NCBI GenBank assembly: GCA_963783645.1
Contig: CAWAOH010000016.1
Location: forward strand, 141,719 to 205,718
Source of the DNA: Candidatus Bathyarchaeota archaeon
GTDB lineage: Archaea; Thermoproteota; Bathyarchaeia; 40CM-2-53-6
Direction: 5' to 3'
Length of the DNA: 64,000 bases
Below, in pieces: positions 51,236-61,495 of the stretch. Position numbers and translations under genes: made by a program. How positions within the stretch are numbered: the first letter of the stretch is position 1; the number at the start of each line of letters is the position of its first letter. The notes below the pieces were generated by a model. That model was not told the DNA's origin. It ran no database searches and saw only the letters and a program-made list of their open reading frames with translations.

Positions 51236-51643
51236 TCAAATGATGCGTTGCTTTGACGTCGCCAAGAACGAGTTGGAGAGTATAGTGTTGTATAGAATCG
51301 TATCCACCGTATAGATCGTTTCCGTGTTTCTTTCCAAGATCATATCCAGGTGTTCACCGAATTTGTCTTTGCGATCGGTCATAAACGATCGCCCCTTCTT
51401 CCTAGCCTTCACCCACGCCTCAACCTCATCTTCCGACATCCCTAATGATCTGAGGTGTCGAGTCGGGTCCCATTTCTGAATGGGTTTCTCAACGGGCTTT
51501 TCGTTTGAGACGGTCGCTCCCAACCGTTCCTTTATGGCTTTGGCTGATGTTTCAACGTCGGTTTCAGTCAATCCCATAGATTTGAGGTATCGGTTCAGAT
51601 CCCATTGTTCGCCGGGTTTCTCGTTTGGCATATTTATTCCCAT
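51236..51643 (-). CDS. Hypothetical protein with internal tandem duplication
   Basis: Two copies of a ~35-aa unit (NEKPGEQWDLNRYLKSMGLTETDVETSAKAIKERLG / NEKPVEKPIQKWDPTRHLRSLGMSEDEVEAWVKARKKG). Confidence 0.4.
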   Translation of the reverse strand: MGINMPNEKPGEQWDLNRYLKSMGLTETDVETSAKAIKERLGATVSNEKPVEKPIQKWDPTRHLRSLGMSEDEVEAWVKARKKGRSFMTDRKDKFGEHLDMILERNTETIYTVDTILYNTILSNSFLATSKQRII

Positions 51644-51809
51644 GACTTACGAAGTCGCGAGATCCTGAGTATAGTAGCGGATGTGGGTACTCTTAAGTCA
51701 CGCTCTTCGAGATTGCGTCATGAAGGCGCATTCTTGCTTATCTTCTGTCTGGAACTGCCGTAGTCTCTGTCTGGTGACACGGGGCAGAAATAGGTCCGCT
51801 AGTTAAGTT

Positions 51810-52226
51810 ATGGAACAGGCGGCCATGTCAACGGTTAAGTCAGTTAACGAAAAGGATCCGTATGATGTTCTAACGTCAATTGGCTTAACGGGCGGTGAAA
51901 GCCGAGAACTCATGAAACGAATCGAAGCCGAGCGAAGAAACCAAACGCGCAGACTCTTCGTCAGTACTAAGAAATCATCGACGTGGCTTCGGCGCATGGT
52001 CGTTGTGTTTTGGGTTTATAGTCTCGTCGTGTGGCTTTACGTGATCGCTATGCAGCTCCGTTATCCCGAATCACCCTATTGGGCCTTTGCACAATGGGTG
52101 CCCGTACGAATGGATTACATTGGCGAACTAGCGTTCTTCTTCTCATTCATTTTAGGCATATTCGCAATTACTATGACGACACGTCAAGCCCGGGATATCC
52201 AAAAATTACAGGAACTCATGAAATGA
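51810..52226 (+). CDS. Hypothetical membrane protein
   Basis: 138 aa; cytoplasmic N-terminus then two TM helices (MVVVFWVYSLVVWLYVIAM; LAFFFSFILGIFAITM). Confidence 0.4.
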   Translation: MEQAAMSTVKSVNEKDPYDVLTSIGLTGGESRELMKRIEAERRNQTRRLFVSTKKSSTWLRRMVVVFWVYSLVVWLYVIAMQLRYPESPYWAFAQWVPVRMDYIGELAFFFSFILGIFAITMTTRQARDIQKLQELMK

Positions 52227-52453
52227 TCTGGGCGTCAAAGCCTGAGATTACGCTAATTGTTTCCAGATGGATGGGCGTGCAAGGTTAACTATCAGATGAT
52301 GATTTCGGGGAGGCCCCGACTGATCACGACTTCTCCATCGAACTCGGCATGGATGCAGCATAAGGCTACTAGATGTGGATGGCGGCTTGTCCCGATTTTC
52401 TTTTTTGATTTTTGAGAATGTCAAAGTTCGATGTGCGGGGTGGCGGTTAGCGG

Positions 52454-53168
52454 TTAGGGTAAGAGGTTTACGGCGCCAGTTCCCAAGTCGTATCTTGCCC
52501 CAATCAGTTTAATTGCGTCCTGGTCTAGGGCGTGTGAGATTATTTGACTGGATGATTTTAGGTACTCAACTTCCAAGGTGACATTGGCCCTCACCGAATT
52601 ATCTAGCAGGTCGCCTGGTTGCAATTGCGCTTCTATTACTGCTGGTTTGATGGCTTCAACTAGCGTCGCGATTTGGCCTTCTGCGTGGCCGTTGGTCTGA
52701 AGTGTCTGGATAGTTGCCTTTACAGCTCCGCAGCTTTGGTGTCCGAGTACCATTATTAGCTTTGCACCTTCCTCGACAGCGAACTCTAAGCTGCCCAGGA
52801 CAACGTTATCAATCACCTGACCTGCAGTCCGCGCCACGAAGAGGTCCCCTAATCCCTGATCGAAGATAAGTTCGGGGGGCACGCGAGAGTCAATGCATCC
52901 AATAATCACCGCCCAGGGGTGCTGACCCTGAGCAACTTCTGCCTGCCGTTCCGCCGATTGATTCGGGTGAATTGGAGAGCCTTGCATGTAACGTGCGTTT
53001 CCAGCCATCAGGTTGTTCAAAGCCTCGTCAGGCGTGGTAACGGCAGGGCCGGGAAGGGGGCAGGATTTGTGATAGGATAAGGCCCTTGGTTGCGTATCCT
53101 AGGACAAAGCCGCCAGCAGCAAAAGCTGATGTAGAAACGAATTGTCGTCTCGAGATGTTAACCATAGA
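52454..53168 (-). CDS. Beta-class carbonic anhydrase with Tat signal peptide, frame change between signal peptide and mature domain
   Basis: Mature domain: TPDEALNNLMAGNARY..CIDSRVPPELIFD..HQSCGAV. Upstream in another frame from ATG at 53166: MVNISRRQFVSTSAFAAGGFVLG (twin-arginine motif). Frames meet near 53040-53100, close to a CCCCC run at 53056-53060. Confidence 0.8.
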
Positions 53169-53475
53169 CAAATCCTAACGGTTCAATTACGATTCAGGTT
53201 GAAAATAGTTTGGTCAGCGTTTTCAGGCTGCTTTGTCACTTTCGTCTTTCTTTGTGATGTGTCGGTACTTTCTCAATTTCAGGAGCCAGTGGCTGCGCCA
53301 GAGTTCCCTACCGTACCATTAATTCTGGTTTCTGTTCTTGGTTTGATGCTTGTGCGACGGCTTTCCGTTGCGTCCTGAGGGGCATACTGCTTCTTATGTT
53401 CACGTTTCAAAGAGCCGGGGAAAACTGGGGAATATTGGAACGCCGATCATCTGCTAAACCCCGACTATTCAACAC

Positions 53476-54066
53476 TTGAGCTACGACGTTGCTATGGACG
53501 TATTCGCGTCACATCGCATTCTTAAGCTGCGAAATTCACAAACAACGAAGGATGCATATGACGAACCCGAACCGTATCACAGTTTCGTAGCATCGCTGCT
53601 GATCGTTGCCTCATTGAGCTACTCTTTTCTTCCAGTAATGGCGAGCGCAGGCCAAGGTACATTCGCATTAGATTTAACCGGACATTCATTGAACGGAAAC
53701 CTGCAGAACGCAATCGTCAAAGCCAATTCAGTCTCCATGAACATGATCCTCAACGGCAACATACAAACCTCAATCGGCCAAGTACCAATAACCGCCAACG
53801 GAGTATGGGTTGGAACACGTAACGGAACAAAACTATCCGGGTCAATTCAGGACGTGTCCGGCACGGTTCACGCCTGCTTCCTCTTCTGGTGCGGCCAGGC
53901 TACATTCATAGGCCAAGGCGAATGGAACGGCACACTAACCTCAACACAAGGAACAGGCATCTTCGACGGAACAATCACATTCACAAGCTCAGACTTTAAC
54001 CAAATCCGCCTAGGTCAACCAGCACCAATCACTGGGACTTGGACGGCAGACTTCCAACTCACCTAA
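53476..54066 (+). CDS. Hypothetical secreted/anchored protein
   Basis: 196 aa; hydrophobic segment FVASLLIVASLSYSFLPVMASA followed by a G/T/N/S-rich domain. Confidence 0.4.
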   Translation: MSYDVAMDVFASHRILKLRNSQTTKDAYDEPEPYHSFVASLLIVASLSYSFLPVMASAGQGTFALDLTGHSLNGNLQNAIVKANSVSMNMILNGNIQTSIGQVPITANGVWVGTRNGTKLSGSIQDVSGTVHACFLFWCGQATFIGQGEWNGTLTSTQGTGIFDGTITFTSSDFNQIRLGQPAPITGTWTADFQLT

Positions 54067-54211
54067 CCCTAACAGTGATAATTGTGGAGAACTACTGAGC
54101 GGAACTGAGATCTTGTTGCAGGATTGCAGTGCTAACGCAAGGATAACCAAGCTAGAAACCTAAGAAAAACACACATGTTTTTTGTCCTATGGGAGGTTGT
54201 TTTCCATCAAC

Positions 54212-54240
54212 TTTTTTTCATTTTCGTCGTTTCTTGTTTT
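54212..54240. terminator. Oligo-T tract (candidate archaeal terminator) followed by an A/T-rich promoter-like stretch
   Basis: ctttttttcattttcgtcgtttcttgtttt downstream of 53476-54066; tttaatacataaaa immediately after. Confidence 0.25.
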
Positions 54241-54344
54241 TAATACATAAAAGTGAAGAAAACAGGAAATTTACCCATTAAATTTCTAATGTTCGACTTA
54301 CAGATCGAAAAGGTCAAGTTGAACTTCTAATATCTGTATGATCT

Positions 54345-54605
54345 GTGTGTTGGCAGTTGGAGACAAGAACGGCTGATCATGCGGCGAAGGTAGCGGTTGA
54401 TTATGTCAAGAAGGCCTTCAAGGTGAAGGGAGAAGTTCACGTTACTAGCGTAGCATTCAACGGAGCATACTTTCTTGTTCGAGGCAATTACCACTTTGAG
54501 GGTCGTGAAGGAGTGAGACCTCAGGGGGTCGTTGTCAAGATAGATGGAAAAGGCAAGGTGGTTGGATGGTCGCTGAGACCAGAGACAGAAACGACCGAAA
54601 TATGA
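54345..54605 (+). CDS. Small hypothetical protein, PepSY-like
   Basis: ..AAKVAVDYVKKAFKVKGEVHVTSVAFNGAYFLVRG..GVVVKIDGKGKVVGW resembles the PepSY pattern. Sits after an A/T-rich upstream region. Confidence 0.35.
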   Translation: MCWQLETRTADHAAKVAVDYVKKAFKVKGEVHVTSVAFNGAYFLVRGNYHFEGREGVRPQGVVVKIDGKGKVVGWSLRPETETTEI

Positions 54606-54699
54606 GAAAGCTCTCAAGGTTAGCGGATCGGTTTTGTGCCCTTCCTAGGCGCTCCAACACGAAGTAGAGAACCCTCGTTTGTGTGTGGGTCTTTTCGTT

Positions 54700-54921
54700 A
54701 TGTCTTCTATGGCAAAGGGTTTGATAGCTAGCATCCCAATGCCGCATGAACCCAATCATGAACTTCACTCGCGAGCGTTTAACGGCCGAGACGATTAAAT
54801 CAGCTTCCTTCATAGCGTGTGCAATTGGTTTTTCAAGGAGCATCGCTACGCCAGCGTTCGAAGCCAACTTTACATACCCGCGTACACGCTGACTATTGAT
54901 GAGAAGGGTTATCGAAGTCAA
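54700..54921 (-). pseudogene. Internal fragment of a Gfo/Idh/MocA-family oxidoreductase
   Basis: ..GVAMLLEKPIAHAMKEADLIVSAVKRSRVKFMIGFMRHWDASY matches the end of the Rossmann domain (..VLCEKP....A..SG...MVGFNRRFDP). The N-terminal NAD(P)-binding GxGxxG region and the C-terminal domain are missing. Confidence 0.4.
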
Positions 54922-54976
54922 AGCACAATAATCCCTGTTATGGTGTCGTTAGCAGGTTGTGGGGAGTTGAAGGATC

Positions 54977-55420
54977 GTGTATAGACGGAAGTTGTTTGTG
55001 GATGAGGGGGAGGTCTCCCCGACGAGAGTGCAACGGGAAGGGTCCTCAGGGTATGGGTACATTCGCACGCTTATCGATCCGGAGACGATCGGATCCACCA
55101 ATGCCGTTCTGGGCACCATGACCATTCCTCCGGGTCAAACTGAACCTATGCTGCCTCACGCCCATTTTCAATACGATGAGTCAGAATACGTGGTCTCTGG
55201 AGAAGGCTATGCCCTCTTGGGCTCCTCCAAAGACAAGCTGGAACGTTATGAACTGAAGCCTGGAAGCGCATTCTTCGTTCCCTCGGGCTATGCCCACAGC
55301 GTTGCCAACACGGGTAAGGGGGAGATGAAAATCGCCTTTTCATTCTATCCCGCGTGGGTGAAGGGTCGACCTTACCGTGAGATCGCTACCGAGCTGACTG
55401 ATTTGAAGAAGTCAACGTGA
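54977..55420 (+). CDS. Cupin-domain protein
   Basis: ..PHAHFQYDESEYVVSGEGYALLG....GSAFFVPSGYAHSVANTG.. carries the two cupin motifs. Confidence 0.65.
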   Translation: MYRRKLFVDEGEVSPTRVQREGSSGYGYIRTLIDPETIGSTNAVLGTMTIPPGQTEPMLPHAHFQYDESEYVVSGEGYALLGSSKDKLERYELKPGSAFFVPSGYAHSVANTGKGEMKIAFSFYPAWVKGRPYREIATELTDLKKST

Positions 55421-55507
55421 ACCTACTCAGAGAGCCCTAACTGCGGTAAACCACTATTCCCGAAGAAGCTTTTCTCCTTCAACCACATGACTCGTGGGAG
55501 TCCTTGG

Positions 55508-56856
55508 CTAGCTGATATGATGCTGGTTCTCCACCGCTCTTATGGATTGATCCAGGGCTGAAGTTATCTCGTCGGCATGTTCCTTAGTTATGATGAATGG
55601 CGGCGTCAGCAGTATGTGATCGCCGAGGATGCCGTCCGCGGTTCCGGTTCCAGGGAAGACGATGACTCCCCTTTCCATGGCTTCGCCCGTAACAGTAGCG
55701 GCTATCTTTGCGTCGGGCGAAAACGGTTCCTTCGTCTCCTTGTCCTTCACAAATTCAATGCCGATCATGAGGCCCATACCTCTAACGTCACCGATGATCG
55801 GATGCTTCTCCTGTAGTTCGATCAAACGTTTCTTCAGATACTTCCCCATCTCAGCGCATTTTTCGATTAAGTTATTCTCGGTGATGTACCGTAGGATTGC
55901 TAATCCGACAGCGGAGGAGAGAGGATTCGCGCAGGATGTGTGTCCTCCAACGATGTTCGACTTACTCTTTATGAACTGTTCAACTATGGAATCTCGTACT
56001 ATTACCGCCCCTAGGGGCGTGTAGCCGCCGCCGAGTCCCTTTGCGGTTGTGATTATATCTGGTGAGACATCCCAATGCTCAATGGCGAACCATTTACCCG
56101 TTCTACCCATTCCACACTGGACCTCGTCAGCAATGAACATCATATCGTACTTGTCGCAGATCTCCCTGATTATTGGGTAGTACTCCTTGGGTGGTGTAGT
56201 GGCACCGGTGGTAGCGCCCACGATTGGTTCAGCTATGAACCCAGCCACGCATGCTGAGCCTTCTTGCCTAACCACCCTCTCCAGGAATGTGGCGCAGTCG
56301 ATGTCGCAGTCAGGATACTCACGCCTAAACCAGCACCGGTAGCAGTAGGCTGGAGGGATATGTGGCATTTCCTTCAGGAGCGGTATGAACTTGCTGCGTC
56401 GAAAGGTGTGACCCCCAACAGAAAGCGCTCCAATCGTATTTCCGAAAAAGCTCTGCCAGCGCGTAATAATCTTGAACTTCCCCGTGCTACCTCTCTCAAA
56501 GTAGTATTGATGTGCAATCTTGACAGCGTTCTCGGTGGCCTCAGACCCACTGCTCACAAGCCAGGTTGTTGTCAGACCCTTCGGAGCGATCTTGGCAATC
56601 TCGTCACCACTTTCTCCGCAGGCTCATTTGAAAAGAGATGCATGGGAACAAAGGAGACCTTCCGGACTTGGTCAATCATGGCATCGATAACGGGTACTAC
56701 GCCGTGACCAATCGGTATCGCAGCATTCGCCCCCCCGCTCGCATCAAGATACTTCTTGCCGGATTCATCAAAAACGTAAACACCCATCCCCCGAACAATT
56801 CTCAGATGTGGCCTGAAGAAATCACGATAAAACGTGTGGGGAACTTCCATGATCAA
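55508..56856 (-). CDS. Class-III (omega) aminotransferase, frame interrupted near 56590-56620
   Basis: N-terminal ORF (56572-56856: ..YLDASGGANAAIPIGHG..) and main ORF (..SSGSEATENAVKIA..FIADEVQCGMGRTGKWFA..ITTAKGLGGGY..). The main frame reads E S G D E I A K I A P K G L T T T W L V S S G S E A upstream of its annotated start. Confidence 0.75.
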
Positions 56857-57455
56857 CCCAAGAAAGTGTCACCGTTCTAAGGCCTGATAAGTGCTCCGTC
56901 CCGTTTCATTCTATGATACTCAGCTTATGCAACAAGAAGAACTTCGGAGATGCGACCTGCAACCTATGCGGAAGACTGTTGCAGATAGAATGTTTGCTCA
57001 CAGTGACATTGGACGATCCGAACAGTCAATCGTATCATCCGCCGTCGCACTCTGGATCGATAATAGCTCAGACTATCGTGCCTACCTGCTTCCAGCGAAG
57101 ACTAAATTTTAGTACGGGTTGGGGACGTGGTAGCTAACGTGGTTACCGCGTTTTCAAGACGCAGAGCTAACGCGCAAAAGCTAGCGAAAAGCCACACACG
57201 AATGAACGCACACGCCAGAAAACCATTCCACACCAACCACGTGGCAACCTGCGAGTACCACGTCCCAGTTACACGTCCAAATTCCAAGTACCACGTCCAC
57301 AACAAACAAGCCAATCTATCTATATCCCCCGCACCACAATACCCACACACACTAAAACGACGACGGATGAGAGTTCAAATAGCCACTAGAGGCACACACA
57401 CGAATAGCTAACTAATAACTGAGGTAACCGAATTGGCGCGGAGAGACGCCTGAAC

Positions 57456-57608
57456 TTGGAATGGGTCACTCTCTATTGCGAAAAGTGCCGAGCTGCAACC
57501 AAACACAACCTAACTTGGGAAAGGAAGAAGCAGCTAATCGGTAAACGATACCGAGATGCCACGTGCACCCGCTGTGGCACTCACCGAAAATACTACAAAC
57601 GATGGTGA
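57456..57608 (+). CDS. Candidate small zinc-ribbon protein (~50 aa, below ORF-track cutoff)
   Basis: Own translation of the frame starting at 57477: ..LEWVTLYCEKCRAATKHNLTWERKKQLIGKRYRDATCTRCGTHRKYYKRW*. Two CxxC pairs sit 26 residues apart; possible TTG start at 57456. Confidence 0.3.
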   Translation: MEWVTLYCEKCRAATKHNLTWERKKQLIGKRYRDATCTRCGTHRKYYKRW

Positions 57609-58013
57609 ACTGAGCCCCGTTCCTGAGGATCAAGCATAATGTGCCCCCTTGTAAATCGAGCTGTTCCTCTGGTCATCCTCTCCTCAGCCTGCGTCGTAAA
57701 GCTCTGCTGGAAAATTATTCGAAAAATGGAATACGGTCATTTTTCCCAATTTCTCGGGATCATATGTTACGTTCCAGAACCATGCGAGGACTTTCCTGGA
57801 TCAAATTCGGGAAGAGATATTCCGGACTTACTCATGGAAAGCTGAAAACGTAAGCAAATTGGGCCTATACGACTCATTTTCAACTATTTTGGAGCGAACA
57901 AAAGTAGGCTGTAACCATGATTGTCACGTCATGCTCGGTATCTCCATAAACTACTACAGACTTAACCCCAAGAATTATGTAACCAAGTATTCAGATGATC
58001 CTTCGAGTAACAG

Positions 58014-59259
58014 ATGCGTAAGCATTTTGTTTTGATGATTGCCGTATTATCTTTTGTTATGTATGGTCTATTTCTGTTTGGTTATCCGCCGATCTCTAGA
58101 TACGTCGTCGATGATCTTAATCTCTCCCACACCGAGTCTGGATCTATTACTTCGGTTTTGGTGCTCGCGTTTGCGTTGATGCAGGTGCCTGGCGGGTACT
58201 TGGCTGATCGATTCGGCGGAGCCAAAACTCTCTTTGATCTTTACGGCAGTGGTCGCTGTGTCTCCTTTCATCTTCATTGAAGGGGGTAATTTTGTGACGG
58301 CGCTCCTTTTCCGTGCTCTTGCTGGCGGTGCCTGCGGCGTGACGTTTCCTTCTGCGGTTCGTGTACTCTCATCCTGGTTCTCGGAGAACGAGCTTAATTC
58401 GGCAATGAGTGTTTTTGGGTTAGGGTGGGGTATATCCCAGATCGTTTCTTCGGTACTTCTACCATTACTAATTTTGGCAGCCGACTGGAGACCTCCCCTT
58501 ATTATTATCGCGCTGTTTTCTCTTCTCGTGATGGCGTTAGCTATCTTTCCTGCCCGATGGTCTTCTCCGATTGAGTCTACGGTGAAAGTGAAGGTTGATG
58601 TCAGAGGACTATTTACGCGTAACATGTTCGCTCTACTTCTTCCTAATTTTGCTTCCCTCGCAATAGTAGTGGGTATCTTTGCATGGACGCCCGCCTTTCT
58701 TACTTCGATTTTGCATTTGTCCGACGAGTATGCTGGAACCATTCTGGCGTCTATTGGTGTAGCCAACATGTTGGGTTGCTATGCGGGAGGCATAGCGAGT
58801 AAATGGCTTGGAAAGCGTCGAACCATTGCCTTGTCCATGATCCTTTTGATGGTTTTTGCTGTGCTGTTGGGTACCTCAAATTCAGGTTTGATTGCCGTCA
58901 TGTGGATTTCAGGTATTGGTTTCGCGGGCATGTTTTACTTTGCAGCTGACTTTAGCTTGATTCCTTACGCATCGAAGCAGGGTCGTTCAGTAGCTGGCAT
59001 GACCTTTGGTGTTTTCAACACGTTGAGCAACATAGGGAGTTTTGTCTCGCCGATCGTCGTGGGATATATCCTTGATTCAACCGGGAGTTTCCTCTTAGGA
59101 TTTGCCTCGATAGGATGCATCGGGATTCTCGGCGTGCTCGGCGCAATAATTCTGCGCACAGATTCCTCACATGATGCGAGCCTTACTCAACATCATCCAA
59201 CAATTCGCCGAAGTGGTATCGAGGAAAAGACTCCGGGAAATATGCTAAAAGCGTTCTAG
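58014..59259 (+). CDS. MFS transporter, frame interrupted near 58234-58280
   Basis: ORF 58014-58280 (TM1-2, ..ALMQVPGGYLADRFGG) and ORF 58234-59259 (..LFRALAGGACGVTFPSAV.. plus a further 8-9 TM) are collinear MFS halves in different frames. Confidence 0.7.
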
Positions 59260-59346
59260 GACACCTTTGTCTGCGGTACAGTGGTGCGCCCCAAGAAAAT
59301 GCATGACTAATTCTGCTTGAGAAAACACGTCACATGGAGACCGATT

Positions 59347-59556
59347 TCAGTCTGTTCCTAAAATGACGTTGCTCGCTTTGACAATCGCGTAGACGTCTTT
59401 GCCTTTTGTTAGTTTCAAGTTCTCGGCAGATGCCCTTGTGATTACCGAGACAATTTCTGTGCCGCCAGGGAGTTCAACCGTTACTTCCACGTTCACCATA
59501 CCTGGCGTCACACTCTTCACTTTCCCTTTCAGGATGTTCCGTGCACTAAGCTTCAA
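59347..59556 (-). CDS. Mop/TOBE (molbindin) domain protein
   Basis: MKLSARNILKGKVKSV..GMVNVEVTVEL.GGTEIVSVITRASAENLKLTKGKDVYAIVKASNVIL is the TOBE domain pattern. Confidence 0.75.
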   Translation of the reverse strand: MKLSARNILKGKVKSVTPGMVNVEVTVELPGGTEIVSVITRASAENLKLTKGKDVYAIVKASNVILGTD

Positions 59557-59902
59557 GTCTCAAACCTTCTGCTGCAACTTCTTTTCTTCAGAGATATTTC
59601 CCTTGTGTCTGGATTTAGTGGTGCGCACCAGCAGACTCGTCGTCGCACATCCATAGCGACCAGCACACATAAAATTGAGAAAAATCCTAGGATACAAGAA
59701 CTACCACAACGCAGTCAGAAGCGAAACGATAGCACTAGAACAATAGTGAGGACAACCGATTCGATATTCGAAGTTAGCTTAGGAAACAGAGCCCAATGTG
59801 CTGCGCATAAGGAAACAAGTATGGCGATTAATCCACTTTAGTTAAAGGTAACCACATGCTGACAATTATTCAGACAGGCAGTCTTGGGATGTCGCTCGAG
59901 GA

Positions 59903-60106
59903 ATGACGGTAGCTAAAGAGAATATAATTAGCAAGCGTATCCTATGGCTCGTTTTGATTATATTAGCCGTCGTCGCGGTAGCTAGCGCGGGGCTATTCGC
60001 TTCGGTTAGTGTGAACCCTCAGACAGTCACGTCAATGTCAACACGTTTTCAGACGGAAACATCATTCATCACAAGCACCGAAACTTATAGAGTTATAGCA
60101 CTGTAA
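59903..60106 (+). CDS. Hypothetical small membrane protein
   Basis: 67 aa with a signal-anchor-like helix (ILWLVLIILAVVAVASAGLFA). Lies in a long non-coding gap. Confidence 0.25.
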   Translation: MTVAKENIISKRILWLVLIILAVVAVASAGLFASVSVNPQTVTSMSTRFQTETSFITSTETYRVIAL

Positions 60107-60725
60107 CAAGCTTGATGACAACCACAGCCCTCCTCTCCTGTTACCCTCTGTCAGTCCCTACTACTCGGCTATAATCCCGATATCACTATTCCGTGCCTGA
60201 CAACAGCCTTCTCTAACGCTGCCCAGTGTTCAGGTCTATTCCAAGATCCAAATGGGTGTATCGAACTCGTACTCCCGATAAACCCTGTGTTTGGCGGCAC
60301 AGTCTATCAATATTATACGCTGCACAATTTGCCATCAACCTATCCTCCTATTGGGTCATTGGTGGCGGTGACTCGGACAACGACATCAAGGCTACAACAC
60401 TGGTCCGACTGGCGCAGCCTGTCCAGGCAACTACATCAACGTGACCTCAATATCACAGTAGAAGACGGAAAAGATCGATTAGCCTAGCGACCAACCAACC
60501 GTTCCAGTATTCGAAATTCTTAGCTCCGAAACTTCGGCGTCACGACACACTCCATTTGGTTCGTCTCCTGCCGATCCATAATGCTACTACCAGCCTCAGA
60601 CGGCTGTGTGTGCACGGGAATGCCATCGCCTCCCGTCTTCCTCTCTGGACAATCACCTACGGCAACGATAAGTGTGGGCTAGAAACAGCAAGAGTTACCA
60701 CGCAAGTATCTCGACGAACAGCACT

Positions 60726-61094
60726 CTAGTAGGTGGTCTCTGTTTTCGAATTGTAGACGTACAAATGTGAGAAGCTGCTCTCTGGGGTCGCTCCATGCCA
60801 GTGCTTCTCTCCCGCCGGAATGAAGAAGATCATGCCTGGCATAGCCATGAGCTCCTCATGTTCGTTGGCTACGATTCCTTTGCCGCTCAAAATGTATAGA
60901 ACCTGTTCATGGTCGTGAACGTGCAACTTTGTTCGGGCACCTGGAGAAAAGGTGACGATAGCAGCTTTGATTTCTTCTGCTCCGAGCTGTTTGTCTATGA
61001 GCGTCTTCACGTTGACCGTTCCACCCTCAAAGATGCCGCCAACAGTATCTTCAGAGGGAGCCTCATTCAGTTTGATCGCTTTCAACATCATCAT
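60726..61094 (-). CDS. Cupin-domain protein
   Basis: ..KLHVHDHEQVLYILSGKG......MIFFIPAGEKHWHGA carries the cupin motifs. Confidence 0.7.
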   Translation of the reverse strand: MMMLKAIKLNEAPSEDTVGGIFEGGTVNVKTLIDKQLGAEEIKAAIVTFSPGARTKLHVHDHEQVLYILSGKGIVANEHEELMAMPGMIFFIPAGEKHWHGATPESSFSHLYVYNSKTETTY

Positions 61095-61495
61095 GCCTGC
61101 AACTACTATCTGCTAGTCTCGCCTCTTAATTTTGTGCGTGCACGCACCAGCATACCACACACTTGGTTCAAAAAGAGCTTTAGACCACACGTTGGTGGTA
61201 GGCGCCTCTGCTTCCAGACTCCGAGAGCCACGATCAAGATTCCTGTGGAGAGAGAATCACTGAGCCGATGAGAATATCATCATCAAAAGCCAGTATCGAG
61301 ACATTCCTAATTCGATCCTACATGCATTGGATTTGACAAGTGCTATTATGCCCCGTCGTATTTCTAGCATATCCACCCAAATTCTCTACAGCCCTCCATT
61401 CACTCAACCGAAGTTTCTCAATTAGGTTTGTTAAGATAGTTGGTGCAGCAATCTTAGAGATGAGCCCTTATAGTTGATTGAAACGGTACAGATTT

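Noticed and set aside
58068-58769. 233-aa minus-strand ORF overlapping the MFS transporter
   Set aside because: It lies entirely antisense to a well-supported MFS gene. The translation is Arg/Ser-rich and featureless, so it is a shadow ORF.
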